From assembly GCF_018350175.1 (NCBI RefSeq), contig NC_058368.1, forward strand, positions 174,160,001 through 174,224,000: a DNA stretch of 64,000 nt, given 5' to 3'. Shown piece by piece: positions 46,541 through 57,918 of the stretch (positions are counted from its first letter, which is position 1; each line of letters begins with the position of its first letter). A model generated the notes under the pieces. That model was not told where the DNA came from, did not search any database, and was given only the letters and a program-made list of their open reading frames with translations. Origin of the DNA: Felis catus (Eukaryota). The position numbers were made by a program, and so were the translations under genes.

Positions 46541-48469
46541 AAGCGGGTCTGGGTTGGAGCCTCAGCTGTGTCACTTACTTGGGTTTTTAACTGCTCACTT
46601 TGTGTCCCTCTTCAGGCCCCAGCTGGTGGGGATGTGAATCTCTACCTGGCAGGGCTGACTGGTGGAAGAAATGAGCTGGCGTCTGCGGAGGGGCTGACAT
46701 AGTGTCTGGGCACAAGAAGGGACTCATAAATGTCAGCTGAAAGATGATAGGGTCGTCTGGGAGCCACACAGAGCCTGCAGGTCCCTCTGGGACACTGTTT
46801 CCTCGGGAATCCTGCCAGGACCACTGGGCACATGAGAGCCCCGGTAATGCCCCAGCAATGAGGGCTGTGGTCCAGCCAGGCTTGCACAGCGGCATCTCAG
46901 GGCATGAGAGGCACGTTGTGCTGTGTGACCCTGAGCGGGGAGGTTGGGGATGTGGCACGGACACCTGCAGTGACCTCCAAAACTAACAGATTATGAACCC
47001 TTTAGAGCTACCAGCTGGGTGAAAGGAAGCTTCTCCCAGCCACTCTTCAGACTGTTAGTGACCACGGAAGGCTCCTGAAATGTCCCTGGAAAGCTTGGAA
47101 TTCTGGGAGGTATGTGTCCTTGGCCATTATTTCCTGCTTGGGTGGCCTGGAAAGAGCTCTCTCAGATGGACAGCGGAGATGGTAAATTCTCCCTCAAAGC
47201 TCCAGCTGCAGTCGGGTCAGCAAAGGTGAACCGCTGGCTATGCAGCCGAGATGGGATTCCAAACGGATTCCCACAGTCTCGGCTCTGAGCGCTCCCTCCT
47301 CCCACCCACCGCGCTTCTCACCTGCGTTTAAGCACAGCCTGGCCCACGTGCCCCAGGAGCGCATCCCTTCAGAAGGTCACGGCTGCCGCGGCCATGTCCT
47401 CCCCACACTCCGCTCTCTGCACCTTCCACCAGGCCTTGGTCATCCCGGCACTGGCCCCCGTGTCCCACTCCTTCCATGGTTCCTTGGTGATTTTAGGTTC
47501 AAGCCAGTCTCCCTGGAGGGCGGGGAAGGTCTGTTCCTTTGGGCTCCCAGCATGGAGTCTATGGCCTGCAGGAGAGCCTGTGATAGATCCTCGTAAAACG
47601 CTACAGTCCGTCCTCACTGGCAGGGGCTGCTCCCTCAGCTCGAGCCTGACCTTTCCATAACACACACGGCATCGTTTTAGCCTCTCTTGATGAAGACCCT
47701 TCCAAGCCATGCCATGACTCCTGTGCCCAGTGCAGCCGCCTTGGGGGGCCTCCCCGCGGTCAGCCCTTCCAGATGCCCTGATCTCCTCTTCCTCCCGCCG
47801 CCCCCCACCTCTTTGCCTAGTTAGCAATAATGGTTTAGCTTCTCTCCAGCTCCCTGTTGGTGGAACCTAAGCTGGTTGGAATAGGATGCCGGAAATTGCG
47901 ATTCCCAGGCTTCCAGCCCTGGCCGGTTGCCTATGCGGTGCCCCACTATTCGTCACACCCACTAGTACAGTTCGGGGGACACGTCCCTGTCATCTTCTTC
48001 CATCTACACAAACTGCTTAACACCATCTATTGGCTCCATTTGCCACTCTCATCTTTCCCAATCCCCCTTAGCACATCTTGGTCTTTTCTCCCCTGAGGAA
48101 ACCCACATAACAACCCATTCTGAGCCAATCACTTCCCGTGAGCTTTGGCTGAGCTGACGCGGAATCCCTTCCCTGCCTCCGGGGACATTCGACAAGGCGC
48201 GCGCCTCTGGGCCTTCTCTGCAAGGCCCCACGGTCAGGATTCCACAGCCTCCTCCGGCTTCTTCCCTTCCCTCCCAGGGGACACTGCTCACCCCTGTCCT
48301 CAAACGGTGACCTCGACTCTGGTCAGCTCCCCCTTTCACTTTCCAAACCCTCTCATCGGTGCCTTTGGGACTCACTCCTGGCACAAACTCCGTGAACTTC
48401 TTCTTGACCTGGTGGTCCCTTGCCTGTGCCTACTCTACTGCAGAATTCCTTGACGGACACGTTTTCCAT

Positions 48470-48691
48470 TTAAAAAAAATTTTTTTTTCAACGTTTGTTT
48501 ATTTTTGGGACAGAGAGAGACAGAGCATGAACGGGGGAGGGGCAGAGAGAGAGGGAGACACAGAATCGGAAACAGGCTCCAGGCTCCGAGCCATCAGCCC
48601 AGAGCCCGACGCGGGGCTCGAACTCACGGACCGCGAGATAGTGACCTGGCTGAAGCCGGACGCCCAACCGACTGCGCCACCCAGGCGCCCC
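48470..48691 (-). mobile_element. Can-SINE, young felid subfamily
   Basis: TSD CGTTTTCCATTT. Confidence 0.97.
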
Positions 48692-49459
48692 TCGTTTTCC
48701 ATTTTAAAGATCTCCTCTTCTCCTACTTCACAAAGGCGTCTCGGAAGCTGGCAATTTCAGAAATACTCCCTTCTATAAACCCTTATCGAGAGCCTACCAC
48801 GTACCTCGCTCACAGGGCAAGCGAGACAAAGGCCTGATCCGACCAGCCTGTCCTTCATTGCCAGCATGGTGTCCTATGATGAAACCTTGTTCCCTGAGGA
48901 CTCTTTTACTTTTTAAGGTAGCTTCCAAGTTGGCCTTTACCGCAGTGTTTTCTCATAACTCTTTTTCTAAATCAAGACACGCCGTACGATGAAGTCTGGG
49001 GAGTATTCCTCACCAGGAAGTGAAAAAATAAAACCGCAAGGCAGCATCTGTTTCGATAGCTTTATTGGAACATGGTCGCAACACAGAACACGGATCTGGG
49101 GACCCACCGCAGACACTCCTCCTCTAGACAGCATGTGCCCCACTTCTGCAGCCAGCAGAGGCTCTAGGAAGCCTCCAGAAGGGTGGCGGCAGCTCAGAGA
49201 CAGACCCGAAGGAGGCCCCTGCAGTGGCAGGTGGCGTGTGGGCACGATGGGTTGGAGCCCTGACCAGCTGAGACCGTGATCAGCCAGACCAGTCTTATGC
49301 CTCCAACTACTTGGCCATGACTTAGAGACCCACCTGCCTTAGACCCCCAAGAAAACTTGAGGAAGGGATTCTGGGGCTTCCAGATGGAATCCAGGCAAGA
49401 AATTGAGCATCTCTGAGGGCCACTGGGGCAAATCATGCCTTCAAGTATGCTGGCAGATA

Positions 49460-50600
49460 AACCACTTAAAGCCCCTGCTATGTGCCAAACGCTCTTCTAG
49501 GGGCTAGACATACAAAGGTCCAAAGAAATAGGCAGGGCCCATGACCTCCTGCGTGGGGGAGACGGACAGAGAACCACACAGATGACTGTAAATTACAAAC
49601 AATCAATGGCTTCTGAGGACCGTTCTGGGGTATGTGGGGGAGGCCTGACCTAATAGGGTGGGTCAAGGAAGACTTCCTCAAGAAGTGATATTTCAGCTGA
49701 GATCTCATGGTCTCACGTCATGGAAACAGCCTTGTGCATGGCCTAGTAGCTGCAAAGAGCAATAAAATAAACAAACAAAAGAGAGAAGCCAGTGGGGTTG
49801 GGGTGAAGCGACAGAGGGGACCATGGCAGGAGGAGGCTGGAGGGACAGGTCAGGGCTGACCATGCAGGGCTGGTGGGCCATGAGAAAGACGGTTTCTTGC
49901 ATGCGCGACGTGACCATATTAGTGTTTTGCACAGCCTGTTGTGGCTGTTGGGTGGGGAGGCAGGCTGGAGGAAGGCCAGCAGGGAACATGGAGAGCTGTC
50001 AGGAAGCTGTCTCGGCAGTGGGGCCGAGTGGGGACAGGGCAGGTGCAGAGAATCAAGCAGAAGGTGGGGACATGTGGAACTAGGGCTCAAGAAAACTGAG
50101 CAAGAGGAGCTAGAAAGGGAGGTGCCAAGGCTGACCTCCTTGGCCGGTGGCTCGGGCTCTAAAGCCAGTGGGAGACGTCTGTCTGAGACCGGGAACCCGG
50201 AGAGGAGCAGGTGCAGCGAAAAGGTCTAGAGTGTGGTTGTGGACACGCTAAAAGCGAGGTGCCTTTGAAACACCCAGGCTGGAGGTCGTGGCTGGAAAGC
50301 CACAGTCGTGGCTGGAAAGCTCCCAGAGGAAGCTTGGGGTCCAGGTACAAATCTGTGAGTCATTTCCTCACAGGGAAGCCTCCTGGTAACTTCGGTTAAG
50401 AGGGCGCAGACGAGGTCACAGAGGGAGAGAAATCGCAGTGAGAAGAGAAAGCCCTTGGGACAGGCACACCGGACAGCCGGGGAGAGGACAGTGAGTCGCA
50501 AGAGGGCTGAGAAGGCATAGGTGTGCAGGGAGGGGGACACCACGAGGGGGTCTTGGAACCAAGGAAGGAGTGGGCTCAGGGAGGGGCAGTGGTTAGCAGT
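49460..50600 (-). mobile_element. L2 LINE remnant (~1.1 kb)
   Basis: CCTGCTATGTGCCA..TCTAGGGGCTAG..GGTCAAGGAAGACTTCCTC..AAGTGATATTTCAGCTGAGA..TGGACAC..GAGGTGCCTTTGAAACACCCA. Confidence 0.75.
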
Positions 50601-50624
50601 GAGGGTCCACGCACACCCTCATTT

Positions 50625-50840
50625 CTCCAGGCTGTCATCACCCTCACTGCCTTGGGTCTCATCAACAACCCTGTAAATAGGCCATCTTACCCCCTTGGAC
50701 AGAGGAGTCAAGAGATGGCCAGAAAGATCGCTACTGACGCACCCAAGGTTACGTATCCAGCAGAGGGCGCTGTGGGGCCAACTCCCCCCACCCGGCAAGG
50801 CCACCTCTCCCTCTAGGACTCCGGCGCACTAACCACCACC
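50625..50840 (-). mobile_element. MIR SINE, diverged, carrying a CTCF motif
   Basis: CTCATCAACAACCCTGT..CCCAAGGTTAC..CACTAACCAC in antisense MIR order. Confidence 0.55.
50757..50770 (+). promoter_or_regulatory. CTCF core motif (CCAGCAGAGGGCGC, followed by TG)
   Basis: Full match to consensus; locally CpG-rich flanks. Confidence 0.65.
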
Positions 50841-52629
50841 GCCCACCCGGGACCTGCTCCGAATGTTCGAATGCTCGCTCCGCTCCACACCACTTCTTGA
50901 TGAAAAGCACCAGAGAGGGTTAGTACTGCAGCATGAAGGGATCCCCTAGGCTCCGGCTCTGAGCCTCGCTAAGAGGCAGGTAGGCTGAGTCAAGGAAATA
51001 CCTTGATCTCTCTCCTGAGAAGCAGTGCAAGGTCATGGCAAGAGCCTGGGCTTGAAGCCGGGCTTTTTACCCATGCTCCCACTTGCTAATTCTCTGCACA
51101 GCTATTTTTTCGAGTGCCTCCTATGAGCCGGGAACACATACTAGCTGAGTACCCTGAGGCAGGCCCCGGTCTTCTCTGAGCCGCAGTTTCTACTCTGTCA
51201 AGTAGGTTGGTGATTCTTACCACATGTTATAAGGATTATGTGAACTCATGTAGATGAAGTACCCCGCACACAGAAGGTGCTCATTAAAGGCTAATTTCCT
51301 TCCTTTCCTTTCTCTTCTCTTCCCTTCCCTCTCCTTTCCTCTCCTTCATCCTACAGAACCCATGAGGGAGTGAGAGACTAACTCTTTATGGCAACGCCGT
51401 CTGCTGTGCTCAGAGGGCCTGCGCGTTCCTGCACGTACAAATCCATGCACACACCTGTGCACGCACCTCCAACGTCCAGCCATCTCTGCTCGTGACTCAG
51501 GGCCAGCACCAACGTGAGCTCTGAACCCATGGGATTCAGCGGACCCAGACCCAGGAGAGTTCTGAGCACCTGCTGAGAATGCCCGGCACAGGACAGGCCG
51601 CACCACACTAGACCCAAGGACCCCGGCACCCCGCTGTGTGCTCTGGGACTCCCTAGACTCGGGCTAGGGCGCATCTTCGGTGGCTCTGGGGGCTTCTGGG
51701 TCCTTAATGGCTCCAGGAGTCAAATCTTGGTGACCAGAAGCAGTATCTTCTGTGTCCTGGGCTGGGTCTAGACAGCCTCGGAGGGCAGAGTCCTCACCGC
51801 TTCCTGGGGTGGTGTCCTCAGTGGCTCCTCGGACAGTGGCTCGCCTGGCTGCTCCTCTGAGGGGCCTCTCACGTGTCTCTGGAGGAACCTAAGCCCCCAC
51901 AGACTCTTGCAGCAGCTTAGAAGGTTGCTGGAGCACACAGTGCAGGATAGCGCTGGCTTCCTGAGGAGACACAAGCACAGGTCAGGGCTGAGGTGACCAT
52001 GGAGCAAGGCCAGTGGGCCCAGGACCTAGCCTCTGGCCTTTGCTTCCTCTAAGCTGGCCTTGGGAAGGGTGGGGTGGGATGGGGTGGGAGCCCTTCCTTT
52101 GCCACCAGGGCTGCCCACGTGCAGCCGGGACTTCCCTCAACCCACAAAGGAGAGCATCCAGGAGACGTGCTTTCCGATCTCAAGTCTGCTTCTAACATCC
52201 TCTGTGTGCCCCTGAACTCCTCTGAACCCCAAACGGAGGAAAAAATAACCACCTTTCCAATTCTTGGCAGGATTAAGTGTTACACAATATGTACGAAGGT
52301 ATCCCACACATTGTCTAGCTCACAATAGGAGCCCAGGTAATGTGTGCTGTTTCTGACTCTAGATGAAATGATTCCCGAACAATCTACAGCACTCCTTGCA
52401 GGAGTTCGGGGGAAGGCTGGGAGAAGAAGACACACAGATTTATTCAGCCTTGACTTAAAATCAGTTGCGAACACATCTGTCCATTGGAAAGTGTGCTCCC
52501 TAAAGGCAAGGCACTTGCCCCGACAATTATGGCTGGCATATAGTAGTTCCTCCGTTAATCTCTGTTGAGTCAATCTGATCAAAGAATAGATCGCTGAAGA
52601 CTGAGTTAGCCCAAAGCTTGGTAGGAAAG

Positions 52630-52857
52630 TTTTTTTTTTTTTAATTTTTTTTTTCAACGTTTATTTATTTTTGGGACAGAGAGAGACAGAGCATGAACGG
52701 GGGAGGGGCAGAGAGAGAGGGAGACACAGAATCGGAAACAGGCTCCAGGCTCTGAGCCATCAGCCCAGAGCCCGACGCGGGGCTCGAACTCACGGACCGC
52801 GAGATCGTGACCTGGCTGAAGTCGGACGCTTAACCGACTGCGCCACCCAGGCGCCCC
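52630..52857 (-). mobile_element. Can-SINE, young felid subfamily
   Basis: Near-consensus; TSD GGTAGGAAAGTTTT. Confidence 0.97.
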
Positions 52858-54702
52858 GGTAGGAAAGTTTTTAACAAAGCATTTGGCATACACTTTGAGG
52901 AATAAGAGGATTTCCCTCACTTCTGGGCATACACATTTCCTTGGCCCCGTTGCCGGCTACAGTGTGGATGGCCGACCTGCTTTTCTCTTTAGCTACTTTC
53001 AGGGAGTCAGAATTCCCTCATCACTTTTATTTCAAGCTTCATGAAGTCAGAGGGAAAGGCTCAGCGTGGCGCCCCTGTTTTCAGTGCCTGGAGACCTACC
53101 CAACACCTGCAGATCTCCCTTTATGACCGAGAACAGGTGGCAGGCTGGAGCTTTGGTCAGGCGATTGGGTCTGGTCAAACTTTGATCAGACCTTGTTTTG
53201 TGTCATTGTATCTATGTTCACGAGTTCTTTGTGTTTTCCACAAGTGATAGTACATTTCCGTTTATGGTGACAATATCAAGTTTCCTCGTAAATAAATTTC
53301 AGCGCAAAGTGTGTTATCATGCAGGTGGGAGAAGACTATGGGCTGGACTGGATGGGGAAGGGAATGCGCAAGCAGCTGCGGTTTGGGGAGTGCGGTTCCT
53401 CGTCCCCGACACATTCCAGCTCACCCTCAGTGCAAACACAGGAGAAGCTAAGTATTGCATGGTGACCTTAGAGACTCTGTCTGGGGTCTCTGTAGCTCCA
53501 GGGCAGGACAAAATAGCTCTGTCTAAAGCCATCAATGCCTCCTACTTCCTGGCTTCCCTGCCTAGGCTGGAGTGGTAACTTTCCTTGTCGGTTTCAAGCT
53601 GGGAGCCACGCATTGCTTGAGACCCGCTGCAGTTCCTCAGGGTGTCCTGTGAAACTCACACGGGGCCTCAGCTCCTGCCATCATCTGTTAAGGTAATCTG
53701 GCTGCCAGAGGAATCAAACTCCCTTCTACATAAAGAGAGCAAAGAGCACCGAGCTCGCCTTTAGAATCTGTTAGATGGGGGTTGTGGGTTTGGATGCCTG
53801 GCTTTGTAAGACACAGATGACAGTGGCCGCCGACCCCCTAGCTTTCCTAGGTGTGTAGGTACGCTCCAGCTTAGCCACTGCTAGAGTCCTCGAGTGGCCC
53901 AAACTCTCTCTGTAGGTCTGGCCAGCCCTTCTCTCCCCAGAACACCTGCCCTCGCCTGGACCTCAAGGTCATACCCCTGGCACCTCCGAGGCTCCAGTCC
54001 TCCATGCCAGCCAGTGTACATATTTGACCAAGCAGGCAGGTATCTACCCTTGGATTAACATTCCAGACGCAGCTCTGATAAACTGATTTTCACTGAAATT
54101 ATCAAAGAAAAGCTAGCTGTGGCTAGGAAAGAACTACCTCCCTTCAAACGAGCTTCCACATCACTTAAAATAATATTATTATGGAAATATCACATGATCC
54201 TGGTAAAAAATTCAGGCCGGAGAGACGAGCAAAACAAAGAAAATAAACATCTCAAATAACTCCTCTACTCAGCCATACCTTTTTGTTACCTGTCCATTCT
54301 GTCATTAAATATTTTTAAATGAAATACGTTATACACCCAAAGAGACTACATAAAAAAACAAAAATGCATCATTTAAAGAATATAAAAGAATACGAAAATG
54401 GATACCAGTATAACCACCTCTCAGGTTACGAAACAGAATTTACCAGGAACTGACTTGTTTCAGCAAATACTTATGTATCCCTAAAAAACATATTGCAGTG
54501 TTCTGCCTGCATTTTACTTTTTGGGTCGGGTGGGGGTGGGGGGGAGGCTGTAAATTACAGCTTTTTTCTTTTCATGAAATAATAATTAATTCAGCAGTAT
54601 TGTCATTTTCCAAACGGGGACAATCCAGATTTAGCTCCCACAAGGCTGTTCACAGATGATAATCATCTTGAAATAAAACTTGAGTGGACAAATGTGATTT
54701 AT

Positions 54703-55001
54703 CTGCCCCACATGCCTTCCTTTGGGAACCATCCACTCCCCACGGCATGTGGTCCGGGTGGGAGTGCAATCACTGGGCCCCATCCCCTAGGGGATGCCTT
54801 TGGATTAAGCTATCCACGTGGCAACAGTGACTGCTTGAGAGGTGAGTCCATAACTCAAACTGGGAGAAAGAGAGTCCTTTCCACGACTACTGTATCTTTC
54901 TTATGAGGCAGAGAAGCTGGGAGCATGTGAAACAAAGGTAAGTCAAGGGCTATCCAACTGAATTACTATCGCTTGCAACCGAAACACTTTTGTCTAATAC
55001 A
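54703..55001 (+). mobile_element. Old MaLR LTR (MLT1K-like)
   Basis: CTTCCTTTGGGAACC..GGCAACAGTGACTG..CTTGCAACCGAAA..CTAATACA terminus. Confidence 0.55.
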
Positions 55002-56002
55002 ACAACACAGAGCATTAGTTGAGGTAGACTATTTCCAATAATAATATGGTCAGCAAAACAACCTTCTACAACATTTTATAACTAAACACAACCAACCTTC
55101 TAGACTTTATGATCACAGCAGTGCTCTAAACCCTTTATGGCTGTAAACAAAACAACTTTTACGATATTTTGGAACCGCAAACGTAAGTTTCACATGCCTG
55201 GAAAGACCTTCCACCTATTTGACGTTTTGAGTGCATTTAAAAGGCTCGAAAAAAATACTGGCTTGTTTATCGCTTAATACACAGTTGCAGATACTAAAAT
55301 TTTGGTTATTTAATGCATGTAGTGGTTTTGAGCATACACAATCTCTCAGTATACATCTCAATCATTATCACTTAGGTAAGAAGCATAAACTTATGTAGTA
55401 ACTATAATTTACTCTGGACTAAAACATGCCACTGCTTGTAAAAAAAAAACAGAAAAAAAACAAAGATTGAAACTACAAATCGAAAGTATTTAAAATTTAG
55501 TATTTCCCTTTTATATAAATGAAATCATGTCTTATGATTGTTTTTCTGTAGCTACCTTTTGTTGTTACTGTTTAATGCCATATTTTTTTTCAGTTAATTG
55601 AAACTGTGTTGATGCATGTCCCTGCAGTTCATTGCCACTGTTGTAAAGTAGTCCATTACATTGTACTCCAATTTATTTGTCCATTCACCTGTCGATGCAC
55701 ATCTGAGTTGTTTCCTTTTTTTTTTTTTTTGTCATGTCCTTCTCATACTTGCTTTTGAATTTATACTATAATGGCCTCATCAAATGAATAGGAGAGTTTC
55801 CCTTTTTCTCTCCTCTGATAGAGTCTGTGCAGAATTGGAATGATTTGTTCTTGGAGTACTTGGCAGAACTCCTTTGCAAAACCAAGTACTACTGGTGTTT
55901 CGTTCATTTTATTTATTTTTAATGGTTACAGGACCATTCCAGTTTTCTCTTTCATTCCAAGTCAGTTCTGGGAAGTTCTATTTTGCTAGAAAAAATTCCC
56001 TA

Positions 56003-56224
56003 GGGGCGCCTGGGTGGCGCAGTCGGTTAAGCGTCCGACTTCAGCCAGGTCACGATCTCGCGGTCCGTGAGTTCGAGCCCCGCGTCAGGCTCTGGGCTGA
56101 TGGCTCGGAGCCTGGAGCCTGTTTCTGATTCTGTGTCTCCCTCTCTCTCTGCCCCTCCCCCGTTCATGCTCTGTCTCTCTCTGTCCCCAAAATAAATAAA
56201 CGTTAAAAAAAAATTAAAAAAAAA
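56003..56224 (+). mobile_element. Can-SINE, young felid subfamily
   Basis: TSD AAAAATTCCCTA. Confidence 0.97.
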
Positions 56225-56825
56225 TTCCCTATATCTGAGTTTTCTGTTGTTTAGGGCATAGAATGGATTACAGCACTCTTATTATCTTTCTTAATCTCTG
56301 TAACATCTAAAATTTCTAAAGTAATACCCTCCATACTTATTGCTTATTTATGATGTTTGTGATTAATCTTTGTAGTTCTGTAAATTTTACTTTACGTATT
56401 TTTGAAGCTAGTTTATTGGGTATGTACAAGTTGAGAATTACTATCATTCCAGTAAATAGAATCTTTTTCAAAATATGGTGACCATATTTATCTTTAGTAA
56501 TATATTTTGCTTAAAATTCACTTTGTCTGATATTAATATAGCTACCCAGATTTCTTTTGGTTAGTATTTGCCTAGCATATTGTATTTTTCTTTCCTTATA
56601 CTTTCAACATTTCTGTTTCCTTAAGTCTATTTCTTGCAAAAAAACATTTGTTTAGGTTAAAAAAAAAAACAAATCGGACAGCCTTTATTTTTCTTAAGTG
56701 GTCAGTTTATTCCATCTACACGTATCATGATTACTGATATACCTTGACTGATTTCTTCAATGTGATTTTGTGTTTTATATTTGCCCCACCTCTAACCTTT
56801 CCTGTGTTTTCTCGCTTTGCTTTAA

Positions 56826-57038
56826 ATTTTTTTTTTAACGTTTATTTATTTTTGAGACAGAGAGAGACAGAGCATGAACGGGGGAGGGGCAGAGAGGGAG
56901 GGAGACACAGAATCGGAAGCAGGCTCCAGGCTCCGAGCCATCAGCCCAGAGCCCGACGCGGGGCTCGAACTCACGGACCGCGAGATCGTGACCTGGCTGA
57001 AGTCGGACGCTTAACCGACCGAGCCACCCAGGCGCCCC
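56826..57038 (-). mobile_element. Can-SINE, young felid subfamily
   Basis: Perfect TSD TCTCGCTTTGCTTTAAATT. Confidence 0.97.
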
Positions 57039-57409
57039 TCTCGCTTTGCTTTAAATTGCCTTTTCTCCCCTCATTCTCTTGCTTTCTTATCTTGTGGAAT
57101 CTCTAGCCTCTTATAAAATAATTTTAAGATGCATATTTAACATAATAAAGGCTAGTGGCGTGGAGCCCTCCTCCGCTCCTTAGTTTGCCATCCATGCCAG
57201 CTGTAAGTTGGGATGAGACATTCAGCTAAATTTCAATATTGTGTAGACGGTACTATGTTACAGAGTCCAGAGAGACTGGTAGGGTTAGTATTTCCTGACC
57301 CCCTCCATAGTCCCATGGCCCGTCCCGCCCTGAGCCCTAACCCTTGAAGCTAGGGTGTAAATGGGGTTCTTGAGGGCACGTAACGCAGTGTCCACACAGT
57401 AAGTACCTA

Positions 57410-57918
57410 TGGTAAGCAGTTGTCGTTTTCACCTTTTCCTATCATCGAGTCCCCTTCTCTTTGGGATCCAGCCTTCCTCACTCTTTGCCCACGTGAGGGA
57501 GGGGGTTGACCTCTTACTCTTCGCCCTGGCTCCAGGCCTGGGTGCAGAGGTAGACACGTGCCCCCACCCCCAGCCCCCAGCCAACGAAACATAGGCCTGT
57601 AACTTTTTGGTTGCAAAAGTTGGAACCATAGGAAAGGACACATTTCCCACTGGACCTGCCAAGGTGGTAAGATGTGACCTCGGAGCTGCTGGCGGGACCC
57701 CAGGGAGACTCTGACCGAGGCTGAAGTTAACACAGGGTGGAACTGAGTTGAAAGGGGGAGAAGGATAAATTTCTGACGACGTTTGTGCATTTGGATCCAG
57801 CCATCCTTGAAGCTACTCTTGTTCTCCACAGTTTTATGAGCCGGTTCCCCACCTCCACCAATCCCAGCCTCTTTTAACTGGGATTCTGCTGCTGGTGGTC
57901 AACAGTGTCCTAGTAATA
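57410..57918 (+). mobile_element. Old MaLR LTR (MLT1K-like)
   Basis: GGAGCTGCTGG..TGGATCCAGCCATCCTTGAAGC..TTATGAGCC..GTCCTAGTAATA. Confidence 0.55.

Larger units (their letters stand above)
55500..57150 (-). mobile_element. Old L1 (L1ME-like) fragments with two nested SINEs
   Basis: TATATAAATGAAATCAT..TTTATTTGTCCATTCACCTGTCGATG..; TGGCCTCAT..AGAATTGG..; CTTTGTCTGATATTAATATAGCTAC..TTAGTATTTGC. Confidence 0.75.

Noticed and set aside
47200..48460. Pyrimidine-rich, moderately CpG-rich stretch as a CpG island, promoter or processed pseudogene
   Set aside because: CpGs too sparse for an island; no ORF similarity, poly(A) or TSD seen; may be an unrecognised old repeat
50285..50320. 16-bp direct repeat GTCGTGGCTGGAAAGC x2
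   Set aside because: Two copies only, inside an L2 remnant; ordinary slippage duplication, not an array
3682..57038. tRNA-like A/B box sequences (GGTGGCTCAGTCGG..GAGTTCGAGCC)
   Set aside because: tRNA-derived SINE heads followed by CT linker and A tail; not tRNA genes
3583..57106. Recurrent ORFs such as MAQSVERPTSAQVMISR.. and GQRETEHERGRGRE..
   Set aside because: Translations of Can-SINE copies, not a gene family
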